Below, piece by piece: positions 35,300 to 47,228 of a DNA stretch of 64,000 nt. Made by a program: the position numbers and the translations under genes. The DNA lies in NCBI RefSeq assembly GCF_006345805.1, contig NC_043010.1, forward strand, positions 19,034,001 to 19,098,000. The letters run 5' to 3'. This stretch comes from Octopus sinensis. Lineage: Eukaryota. The notes beneath the pieces were generated by a model. It was not told where the DNA came from and made no database searches. It worked only from the letters and a program-made list of their open reading frames with translations. How positions within the stretch are numbered: position 1 is the stretch's first letter; each line of letters opens with the position of its first letter.

Positions 35300-35890
35300 C
35301 ATGAACCAGCATCACGCTGATCAGAGAGGGACTTGATGAAGGGGAAACTCAACATCCACTGTGACCAAGAATGGCAGATCTCAAAAGAAGATAACAAGAC
35401 TCTGGTGCCCTGATGAAGCTGAATACAAAATGGAAAAGCAACTCTATTAGTTTTCCAACAAGACTCAGAGTGTCCAAGAGCCTGGTGACTTCGATCCCTC
35501 TGTCTTGGTCTGAAAGCTGGACTCTTACAGCTGAAATGGAGTGAAGAATCCAGGCATTTTAGCACAAGTGCTTCAGAAGGTTATTACCCATCCCATACAC
35601 AGAACACAAAAGGAATAGCTTTGTCAGGCAGCTAAGTTAGCAAATACAGACAAGAACCACTCCTTGTGTAGGTAAAAAAAAGGGAACCTTGCCTGGTAAG
35701 ATCACATATTCTGTCACAACTCCTTTTTTGAAACCATCCTTCAGGGAACAGTCGAAGGAGGTCAAATAAGAAGCAGGTAGAGAAGATCCTGGTTGGACAA
35801 CATTAAGGACTTGGACAAGTCACAGCACTGTGACCCTGTTATGCATGACAGAGGACAGAGATCATGGACAAGGGCAGACTGCAAAAGTGT
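35300..35890 (+). mobile_element. Degraded RTE LINE 3' fragment
   Basis: LVTSIPLSWSESWTLTAEME*RIQAF*HKCFRRLL..PYTEHK, and FETILQGTVEGG. Confidence 0.75.
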
Positions 35891-36726
35891 CTGGAGTGGT
35901 ACCCCAGCAACTGGCTGCACATGTACACACACTCTCATGCACATACATACATGATGGCAGCAAACTCAGGTTCGAGTACTGCTATCACCTGATCGAAAGT
36001 CCCACACATGAAAAAGCTATGATCAACCATTTTTGTGATAAGTCTGTCTCTTTTACAAGCGATGCCTGTGAATGATGATTTTTCATATTGGAGGAAGAGG
36101 ATTTGCACAAATCCAGACCCACTCTCTGAACACGGTCAGCATAAACTCAAAAAGAAGAACTAGTCTACATTATTAAATATTGTCAGAGTCACAGGTTTTC
36201 TCCCAGAGTTTCCCTCTCCTAGAGAGATGTTGTGACAACAACAGAGAGGCCTCCCTCTCCCAGTGGGCCAACCACATGCCTGGACACCAACCCAGGTATT
36301 TCCACATCCCCATGCATACACACACATATTGTTGGATGGCTATTGACTGCTCTTGAGCCCTTTTGCCCTTTGACAGGTCTTATTTTTCATCCTGCAGGGT
36401 GTCCAACAAGCACCCTCCTCACCAAGCCAGCATGATGGGGTTGCCAATTTAGTCACCGATGACCCGACCATGCAGCAGGTTGTATTAGATTACATGTTAC
36501 CAGTAGCGCCCAAGACTGACCAGACATACATACACACATGTATGTGTAGTTTAAAAGTAATTTAAAACCCAGAAATGGTTGACGTAGGTCATATCTAGGA
36601 GCATTAGTTACAGCTGTGTCCAGTGCAGTGAATGGCCACTGGACACTGATACCTTTATCTCAACTGTCCATTATATTAATGACATGACAATACAAACTTT
36701 CTCATGGTCACCAAATTGTTCATAGT

Positions 36727-37082
36727 CATCATCATCATCACCATCACCATTTTACATACCATTCCTACCACCGCCACCACCACCGCCACCACCACCGCCA
36801 CCACCACCGCCACCACCACCACCACCACCACCGCCACCACCACCGCCACCACCACCATCACCACCACCACCACCACCGCCGCCAACACCACAGTCACACC
36901 AGTATCACTACTAATACCACCAGTATCATCAGCACCACTATCACCATGACCATCACTACCACCATCATTTCCACAATCACTACCACTCCCACCACCACCA
37001 GCTTCCCTACTGTCACCACCAGACCACCACCATTACAGCCATAGCAATGCCACCATGACGACGGCGACCACCACCACCACCA
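36727..37082. repeat. (CAC/CGC/CAT)n trinucleotide tract
   Basis: Direct reading. Explains the poly-Thr and poly-Val ORFs. Confidence 0.95.
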
Positions 37083-37214
37083 TTGTGCTGTTCGTGACTC
37101 AGATTCTTGTAAAACCAGAATTTCAGTTTAATTTAAATTTCTTTTATTTTTGTTTCCTTTTCATGAAAATACTTAGAGTTTCCACTTAAGCAAATTTATT
37201 TATATATACGTGCA

Positions 37215-37268
<54 letters not shown>

Positions 37269-37357
37269 TATGTATGTGTGTGTATGTGTATGTGTATGTG
37301 ATGTGCGTGTGTGTATGTCTGTGTGTGTGAACACACACTTATGTTTTCTTTTCTTAG

Positions 37358-37559
37358 GTGGAGTTTCATAGTTATTCTGACCCGTTATTGAAGAAAGGGA
37401 ACTTGTTCTCTTTGTTACTATTCACGTATGCTTGCTTGTATGTGTGTGTGTTTCTTTGGAATCTATTTCTTACTTCTTTCGTCTTTTCCTGTGCAGAATT
37501 CAAGCCAATCCCTAATAGAGAGGCAAAGCTCTTTTGTTGAAGTCAAGACAGCCTTTGGG
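37358..37559 (+). CDS. Pair of candidate small exons: 37358-37425 (VEFHSYSDPLLKKG..) and 37497-37559 (NSSQSLIERQSSFVEVKTAFG)
   Basis: Strong acceptors ttttcttttcttag| and cttttcctgtgcag|; donors |gtatgc and |gtatgt. The second is an exact 21-codon phase 0-0 exon. The two are not phase-compatible with each other. Confidence 0.3.
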
Positions 37560-37999
37560 GTATGTGTATAGGTAAACTGGCACCCATGTGTGTGCATGTT
37601 GTCACAAAACACAAGTGTATATTTCATTACTGCTTATGGATATGCATTCATATATAGCACATAAAAAGCACCATCTGAATGTGGCCAATGCCAGTGCCAC
37701 TTTGACTGACTTCTGTGCTGGTGGCACATAAAAAGCACCATCCAATTGTGTTCAATGCCAGCTCCTCTGGCCCCTGTGCTGGTGGCATGTAAAAAAGCAC
37801 CAACTACACTCTTGGAGTGGTTGGTGTTAAGAAGGGCATCCAGCTGTAGAAATATTGCCAGATGAGATTGGGGCCTGGTGCAGCCTTCTGGCTTCCCAGA
37901 CCCCAGTCGAACTGTCCAACCCATGCCAACATGGAAAATGGACGTTAAACGATGATGATGATGATGATGATGATGATATATTCCATTTGTATTTGGAGT

Positions 38000-40170
38000 T
38001 GTGTACCTAAGTTCAACCAGGAACTGATGAATCCCTTGAATGTTTTACAAACTTTCACTGCTCCTTTGATTGATTGTATCTGGAGAATACAAACCAGGCT
38101 GCTCTGTTCTGCCTTGGAGAACCCAAGTGTTTCTAGGCTCCTATACAAATCTGTTGCAATGTAGCTCAATGCAGCTTATGATAATAGGGACAAATGAAAA
38201 TCTGTAATCTGGGTATAAGAGCTGGAGGTTTCTCATCAGTTCTCCATAGATGTTGTTCTTTTCTCCAATTTTGGGCAAACATTCACATCCATTGAGCTGT
38301 TGCTCACTACACTGGTACAAGAATTTTACTGCCTGTCTCTTACAGTCATATCAAGCCTGCAGTGTTTATTGGAATGTTCTACCAGACTGCAGTTTTTATT
38401 GGAATGTTCTTCTAGAATTCTTTAGTTTTGAAGGTGTAGATACTCTCTGAGTCTAATATGCTTCTGGTATTCCTTAAACATGGTCTTTTTGTGTATAGCA
38501 TTGTAAAGCACCTTAGTGCCAATGCCATGTCTCCTAACATTGTTGGACAGCTAATGATATTAAAAGGAACATCCTCCACATTGGTATGGCATAATTGACA
38601 CTTTTTATCACAGTGTAGGGATTTAAAGATATCCTTATTGCTTTTATTGATCAGGTTTTTGTAGCTATCTCCTGTTCTTTGACAGAAAAGACATTTCTAG
38701 ATGAAATATGATGTACTCATTCAGATCCAGGAGAGGCAACTATTCCTGTCAGTGTTGCTGGCATTCTCCACCCTGTTGGTCATATATAACGTTCAGTGGC
38801 TATGATGAGTATTTCTCTTCCATGTCCCTATTTAAGTAGATTCGTCCAAGTGCCCTCACACTGCCTGTTCAGGAGTTCTTTGCCTAATCTCATGCTGTTA
38901 TTAGCATTACACTTGAATACAAATGTGGCATACTCATATCTTCCTTTATTGCTTAATAAGTGTTGTCCAAGTGAATGATGGAACACACAGCAGCCATCTA
39001 GACTGATCCTGTACCTCAATTTCCATCTCTCCTTTTAATGTAGATCCTGTTCCAAAGTCTTCTAAAGTGATCTTTCCTATTTCTAGTTCCAACATATGCA
39101 ATATTCTTGTCAATTCCAAGTTATTTCTAATTCAACACTGGTGATAGAAAAAATGGACAGGCCATTGCTATCCATATTTCATGCCTGGTCAAGCAGAATA
39201 TTCTCTCATTTGAATACTTGTTCTGACCAAAATCCATTTCTGTATCCTATGAAAATGGTTTGACCAGTTCTGTCTCTTGTTGTTGTGAATATAACTTGGT
39301 TACAACTTAAGGTCATCAACAAATAAGGTGTGGGTGAAACTAATCTGTCTTTCATCAGTGGAACCTATCATGAAGCTGTATTTCATTTACAGGGTTGACA
39401 AAGGGATCACTGTTAGGACAAAAAAGGCATTAAAGCAAGCCGTTCCCTGAGATATTCCTATTGGCAACCCAATTCTGTAATTGGCTGTGGAGTGGTATCA
39501 TAAGTTCTAACTGATAACTCTGTGGACCATATTGTTGCCAGCCTCTTAATGGCATCAACTACAACAGCTGGAATCTTAGCAAGGCAGAGTGATTCTATTA
39601 ACCATATTTTTTATAACAAAACTGTTCACTTACTGTTTGCAGTTTGTGTTTAAGGGCAATCAACTTGCCTGTTAGTGTTTCTTGTCAGCAGTTCTCATAG
39701 ATTTCAGATAATCTCACATAATCTATCAGCTGGTGGTTAGGGAATTTATTATTCACTTTGGTTTAATGACAACATCTGAATATTCCCAATATTTTTTCTG
39801 ACTCTGTTCCTTTAAGTGAGTTAATCCATTTTGGTTGGTTCTCCTCACTGTGATTGCTATCTCTCATTAAATAGTAACCACAGCACAATATAACTGAATA
39901 TTCAATCTCCAAAAGTTGAGAAATTCAATCTCTTCCAATTGATCTCCAGCCATTTCGTCCATCACAGATAACATCAAATTGCTTGGCTTTCTATTGATTC
40001 CTCTCGTAATTGTCCTCTCATGCAATTATTCGTTAATGGAGATAGTGAAGTTTTCTTTGAGTTTTGTTGTTCAATGTTCTTTCAGTGGTTTTATATTCTT
40101 CACTCAATGTTTCTGTTTGTTCATAATCATTTACTGCTCTTTCATGTTGCTGTAGCATGGTCGTCTCAGT
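38000..40170 (-). mobile_element. Heavily degraded Dong/R4-type LINE ORF
   Basis: Minus strand reads WLIESLCLAKIPAVVVDAIK, GISQG (RT motif B variant) and EIGKITL. Many stops. Confidence 0.55.
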
Positions 40171-41244
40171 TATTTTTTTTATATCAACATTGGTCATGAT
40201 CTCTGTTGTTTATGATCTTCTCAGGAGAAGAAATAACTGGACTGGTCCAACTCTTATTTCCTGCATGATTCTGGTGGCCTGTAGTGATGTACATATATAC
40301 GTGTGTGTATGTGTATGTATGTATACATGCATGCGTATCTGTTCCTTCTTTTTATTTATTACTATTCTTTCTAGATTGAGGGAGCTGGTTTCTAACAAAT
40401 AAACCAAAGTTCCATCAGTGGAGTTTGGATAACAGCAATAATAATTGTTATAAAACTTTAAGAATGTCTTGCATATTTTTACTGTTCTACTTACAGATTG
40501 CATTGTGTAAAGTTTGTGCTGGTCTCTTTCTCTACTTGAAACTCCTAGCTTCTCCAGATTGTGGCTTTGATATTTACTAACACTAACCTTGAAGCCTCCC
40601 TTGGGGCGGTATTCAGGCTAGCTCCTGTGGAGGGCACCTATCGGGTCACTTTGTGGCACTCTACCCTTCTGTGATGAAACTTATTTCTGCAAATGTGTGA
40701 AGCACTGATGCTGATCATAGTTTAATCAATAAACGTAGGAGCGAGGTAAATGCAGTAAAAATAGGGAGAGGGGTCAGTGGGGCCCCATTTAAATGGCCCT
40801 TCAGAAACCTTGTGATACACATGAAATTCATTGTCATTGCTCCAGTTTGGTCGCCAATGCCATGTACTTAGTTTAAAAGGCAGTAAAAATAAGGTGGGGG
40901 GTGGGTCACTGGGGCCCTAGTTAGGTAGCCCTTAAAAAATGGATATCCTTAGGACATTTCCTGGGATTAGGGGAGTTGGTGGTTTGAGTTTCGTTGTCCT
41001 TGCACCAACGGTCTAAGAAAAATTAACGAACATAAAAAAACGTAACAGAGAAACATCACTCAGATTTATATCAAGAAGATAACCAAGAGCTTCAATGAGA
41101 GTTCTGGTCATTGCAAACTTCCAGAAGTAGTTCATACTTTGAATTTTTTAGGAAGCCCAGATCTTTTAATCCTCTTCAGCCACTCTTCTCTCTGCTTCTC
41201 TGAAAATGCTATTCCTATTTATTATATATATATATATATATATA

Positions 41245-41378
41245 TACAAAATTTAGAAGACTGACCACTAAAAGTGGACAGCCTATATGCTATTTTCTTT
41301 GTGGAAAATAGCGATTTTGACATCTATATCTAGCATATAGGCTGTCCACTTTTACTGGTCAGTCCTCCAAATTTTGTA
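41245..41378. repeat. 48-bp-arm inverted repeat
   Basis: Arms 41245-41292 and 41331-41378, 3 mismatches, 38-bp spacer, next to (TA)n. Confidence 0.9.
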
Positions 41379-41464
41379 CATAAAAAATTTTTAATCTTTG
41401 GATTTTTAAAAATATGCTAGGCCACTGGTTTTAATTGATTAATATCAATTTTTACCCTTATTTG

Positions 41465-41510
<46 letters not shown>

Positions 41511-43229
41511 CACATACATGAGCGAGTACACACACACACACACATATATATACATATATACAAAACCCTTATGCATGCATACCTTTATGTGCACATGCAC
41601 TAAACACATACACACATGTATGTATATGCATGCATATAATGTATGTATAGAATGGATATATATACATATAATGTATTTGTGTATAATGCATGCTTATCAA
41701 TGAGGCAGAGAATGTAAGGCAACAGCCACAGCCGACTCAATGCCTCAAAGCTTGTAGAAAAATAATTAAGTGAGAATAATGATAACAGTATATTACTGGT
41801 ATTTAATGTTTTGCAACCACTAGTGGGATAGTATATAGAGTTATTCCAGACATTATGTCATGGCTGGAGTGTCTTGAATTTTAGGGTTTGATGGATCAGG
41901 ACTGAACTGGGGCCAAACGGCTATGCATCCCCCCTCTTCTGCCACCACCACTGTCTTCATTCATTTCTGAGTGAATCCATCTTGTCCATTTCTGCTCTGG
42001 CCCCATCCACAATTTACTCAAATGCCTTGCCTATGGCCTTTAAGAGAATCAGTGGAGCACCTCGGTGACCTACAGTGTATTTTGGTCATTTTTAGAAATA
42101 GCGATGTCCATCCTTCTCTATGTCTCACCATTTCTGAGACCGGGAGAAAGAAAGAATGTGAGGAAGAGAAGAATAAACCCAGGTACATGACTGGTACTTT
42201 ATTGTCCTTGAAAGAATGAAAAGCAAATTTGACATGAGTAGGTTTTGAACCCAGAGCACAGAGATCTGATAGAAAAAGCAGCTGACTTCACTCAAATCAC
42301 ATTTTGCTCTCATAGGAAAAGGCAGGCATATTAGGTGATGTCCAATGTTTTTTTCCCAACAAACTGGTTTGTCATGGTTAGAATGTCTTTGACCAGAGGT
42401 CTTCTTGATTAGAGTTGATCTGGAGCTTAACAACAACAATCCACATTTAGACATTGAGTGTACACTGGAGAGGCAGTGTGGCATTGCATTCCTGCAGAGC
42501 TGCACCCCATACGCCAGTGTAGTATGGTGTCAGATTGATGCAGTCATAGTATACCTGGGACAAAAGACTTATGGCTGGTATTCAGTCATTTGATCAACAC
42601 CTGCGTGAGTTGGATTTGCTTGAATGGAGTCGGCTGACCCAGGATGACATGACAGCAACAACAACACCACCACCACCACTGCCACCATTGTGATTACCGA
42701 TTTTGTTTCTTAAAATTATGACCAATAGCAGAAGAAGTGGAAATACTGGGTGTAATCCAATGTGCACGACTGATACTCCAATACTCAAGAAGTCAGGTTT
42801 TCCAGTGAAATCACAAGGATATCATTTTACACACCTGAATATCATGTTTTTGTACCTGCAGCAAATGAAATCCGAAGCTCTTTTCAGTATTTTCTGTTTA
42901 AAATATTTCAAATTTTTTTACCTTTAATTTCAAAAGCCAGACAGAATATGAAATGTGTAAAATGATATATTTAAACCAGATGGTGTAATATATCTGTGTG
43001 CCTATAGATAGGAATTCAGACAGACACACCTTCATATGTGTTTGTGTGTTTGTGTGTGTATTTCAAAGTAGAAAATTGGAAAAATGTTTTTGGGAATTAT
43101 TTATTCACCATTACACATGCTTCATTTGCTAATAGGAATTACAAAATTGTACATGTAGGAGAAACATGTAAGATATCTCCTATTAGAAATTCTTCAGATC
43201 GACAATAAAATAATAACACAAACAGAAAG

Positions 43230-43540
43230 GCTACATGTTATCATGTAATGGAAACATGGAGGACATACCCATTACTTTTGACATGCCAGAGAATCAATCT
43301 GTGAACAAAAGACAGGACAAAAATAGCAGTGATTAGGACCACAGGCTACATGAAAAGAAGAATTACTTTAGTTCTTTCTTATATGGCCAAGTTAAAATCG
43401 ATGGTTGTTTTTAAAAGAGAAAACTCGGTCAGAAGATTTCCAAAAGAATTAATATCCATGTGCATTTCCAAGACTTGAATGATGGATGAGGCTGGATGGA
43501 GAAAATGGTTGAAAAAAGTTTAGAATTTGTGACCTGCTAG
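43230..43540 (+). mobile_element. pogo/Tigger-type transposase remnant
   Basis: GNMEDIPITFDMP..IRTTGY..ITLVLS..KLKSMVVFKR..WM matches DDE_1 motifs GNMDETP-FDMP, RTTG and KLPPMVIFK. Confidence 0.75.
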
Positions 43541-45030
43541 GCTATAAATAGAACAGAGTTTGTTTACATGGTGATGGTTTCTGTCAATTCTCAACAACAA
43601 CTACATCTCATACAAACTTTGAACCATCCAACTTGATGTTAAACATCTTACCCTTGTTGTTAGTAGTAATCTCAGTTTTTCGCCAATAAAAATAAATATT
43701 TTTATTGCAATATAATCTCAATAGAATTTCTGTTCTTTTCATATGCATGCATGTGCATATGTACATACAGACATATCTGTGTACGTATGTACCTAAGTGA
43801 CAATGCATGCCCTTGTTGTGATCTTCTATTTAAGACAAACTGTTAATCAATGCAAGCCAAGAAACCTTATCAGACATTATGTGTGTCACCTGATGTGTCA
43901 TGTGATGTCACCATATTTTTTTCGATTGTTTCTTAATTTATGATCTGTCAATTTGGTTGGAAAACATAGTTTTTCTAGTGTGAAACACTTAAAACGTCAT
44001 TTCAATAGAATTTATTGACGTGTTCTTAAAAATCATTATTTTTTTCACAAGTTAACAAAGTAAAACTGCTATGTGTTCACTCAACCTGCTAGAAATAGCA
44101 GTTACATTTTCTGCAAATCCCATCCTGCAGTCTTAAGAAAGTGAACAAATATTGTTTCATCATTGTCCCAGCTACACTACATTTTTATAAAAAGACCAAA
44201 TAATTTTGATTTGAACACCTTTGGTCATGGGTCTGTTTGATAAAAACTCACCAAGTTCTAAACAACAGCAACAACAACAATATATAGATTTTTTTCAAAC
44301 AATGTCACACTCAGTCACACACACACACATATATACACATACGCACCTTTGACTGTTGACACTCCCAGGTGATATATTTTTAATCTGGTGACTCAATTCA
44401 AAGAAACATTAATCTACATCACCCGAATCTGTTATTATTTATTCTATTTAATCTAATTGCTATTCCAGAATTTAAAAGAAATTTTCAACAATTTCTGTAT
44501 TGAAATTTGAAATGACCCACAGAATAAAATCGACCGACAGACATATTGAGACCAGAAAAATTGATAAGTGTTTTTATGCGTTGTGCGTAGGTAACAGTCA
44601 GCCGATGACTCATACCTAAGTGGGAAAAGAAGGTGCCCAGAGCAGTGGGAATCGGTTGTCCAGCAGATGTTAACATAATGTTTAAGATAAAAGAAAACAT
44701 TGCAGGTTGAAATAAAACGAGACTTGCAGATCCTTCGACGGCTCTGTAACTTTAGACATAATGTTTTTGTGGAATTTGGAGACGTAACTATGTCAGCCCC
44801 TATTTTGAGAAGATGGTTGACACAAAACCAGTAAAAAGGAATGGCTAATTTGAGAATTACAGTTGCAAGTAAATTAATGGGACCATAGAAATATATGAAA
44901 CATCGTAGGAGGTCTGTGTGGGTGTGTGTATGCATGTATTTACATACATGCATACGCACACACACATAGACATGTGTACACACACACACATTAGTTTATG
45001 TGCAGATGCATACATAAAAGATAAACACGT

Positions 45031-45063
<33 letters not shown>

Positions 45064-46082
45064 TATATACATGTATGAGCATAAATGAACTAATAGAGAT
45101 TACTCGGGATGGCCAGCAGAATGTCTAAGAGCAACATAGACAAATACAGGTCTATCAAATACCATACAAATTAAGTTCTTGATTTATTAAAACTGTCTCT
45201 ACTCCTAGGGGTGGGTGTCATAATTACCAAATGGCAATTAAGAGCAGCACCATATGAGAAGGGGAGATAGAATCAAGAATTAAGGAAGAGGACAGGCTTA
45301 TTGTCTGGAGATAAGAGACATGTTTCTACCTCAATGGGCATCATCAGCATGAAATTGTCCTTCCTTATCTCCAATAGCCATACACACATTTGTACATATG
45401 TACATATGTATGTATGTATGGTTTGTACACATATTCATTAGTTCACTTATCACTAACTATTTGGAAAACCTGGGGCTTCCATATGAAGAAAGTGACCAGA
45501 CAACACACAATTTGCAAATATAATTTGTAATAATGTACAAGACTTTTCTAAAATCCTGATGCAAAATTCTTTACCATTGTTAACTTGGTTCTGGTGCTGA
45601 AGATTTGTTTCTTTTTTTGGAAATCTGCTCCTTCTTTATAAAAAGAACTCAAATATTTACAAATGATATATAATATATTCACAGATATATCATATTATAT
45701 TATATTATATAAATATAAATAATAGAATATAAGGATAAAAATCATGTTAATGATTTTTATCAAGTTGACGAAAGAAAAAAGCCTGTTGATGGTTTCAATT
45801 CAGAAATTGGAACCAACTCAAAATTAACATGAGGTCTTTTGAATATTTTTTCACTAGCCAGCTTTCAGCCATGTGTATATTTATCTGGAGATTTTGGTAG
45901 TTTTTTGAAGGTCTTGGCACGTCAAGCATGCTGGAGACAGGTCGTTTTCACCCTTGTTCCCTTAATATAAATTATATACATATAGCGGATCTACTTCTAG
46001 CATAAGGGTTCTCCACATAGTGGTCATCCCTCTCATATGTATATAATATTATATCTATATCTATATATATATATATATATAT

Positions 46083-46376
46083 AAACAATTGCAGTATGGA
46101 AAGTGTTTATAAGCCATTTAAATACACACAAAAACCGTTTGATTCACTTCAACATTTAAATTTAACTTGTCAAAATATTTTCGTCTTTTTGGAACCACAA
46201 CCTACATACATATATATCATGAACTAACTGCAGCACGGAATTTTGTCAGTGAACAGGTCGCAGTTTCAAAGTGACAAAAATATTTTGACAAATTAAATTT
46301 AAATATTGAAGTGAATTTAACGTTTTTTGTGTGTTTCTTAAATGGCTTATAAACACCTTCTGTGCTGCAACTGTTT
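46083..46376. repeat. ~100-bp-arm inverted repeat, probable PLE pLTR relic
   Basis: Arms 46083-46185 and 46272-46376, next to (TA)n, overlapping a hammerhead-like motif. Confidence 0.85.
46243..46291 (+). ncRNA. Variant (G3-C8) type I hammerhead-like motif
   Basis: TTGTCA GTGAACA G GTCGC-AGTTTCAAA-GTGAC AAAA ATAT T T TGACAA. The opposite arm retains GAC GAAA. Confidence 0.55.
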
Positions 46377-46482
46377 TTGTTTCAGCACACAATCTCAGAT
46401 CTGGTCACTTGCTATGCAAGTACATCTCCATAATATATATATATAATTATTATTTAAAGGTCATAATACATGTATTAAAGTG

Positions 46483-46535
46483 CTACCAATAGTTTCATAT
46501 GTTGAGAGAACTCTCAACATATTCTTCAGGTGAAA
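46483..46535 (-). ncRNA. Hammerhead-like motif with 12-bp stem II
   Basis: Minus strand: CAC CTGAAGA ATATGTTGAGAG-TT-CTCTCAACATAT GAAAC TATTGGTAG. Core is perfect; stem I is poorly paired. Confidence 0.5.
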
Positions 46536-46695
46536 TATACATATAACAAAGTAAAAAATTGTACACATAAACATATATATATATACATATACATATATAT
46601 ATATATATATATTTATATATATTTATTTATATATATATATATATATATTAAGTTATATATATTTATATATATTTATTTATATATATTAATTTATA

Positions 46696-46728
<33 letters not shown>

Positions 46729-46756
46729 ACATATATATATTTGTATATATATTTAT

Positions 46757-46805
<49 letters not shown>

Positions 46806-46808
46806 ATG

Positions 46809-46841
<33 letters not shown>

Positions 46842-46996
46842 CTGTGAGTCAACAGTTACTTATATTGTGATTGTAAAGTCCAGTAAAATCTGAGGGAAAA
46901 AAGAAACAGGGGTTTCAGTTGAGCTGATCGATGGAACAGCCTACCCATGAAATTAACACGCAAGTGGCTGAGCACTCCACAGACACAATGCATACC

Positions 46997-47228
46997 TATT
47001 TCTTTATTACCCACAAGGGGCTAAACTTAGAGGGGACAAACAAGGACAGACATAGGTATTAAGTCGATTACATCGACCCCAGTGCGCAACTGGTACTTAA
47101 TTTATCGACCCCGAAAGGATGAAAGGCAAAGTCAACCTCGGCGGAATTTGAACTCACAACGTAACGACAGACGAAATACCGCTAAGCATTTCGCCCGGCG
47201 TGCTAACGTTTCTGCCAGCTCGCCGCCT
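46997..47228 (-). mobile_element. Young family-B SINE inserted in an older SINE, 21-bp TSD
   Basis: TCCACAGACACAATGCATACC at 46976-46996 and 47229-47249. The host family also occurs at 61080-61250(-). Confidence 0.9.

Noticed and set aside
42400-42650. ORF MIRVDLELNNNNPHLDIECTLERQCG...
   Set aside because: The opposite strand resembles a decayed CR1-like RT tail (..VWGAAL..), and there are no exon signals.
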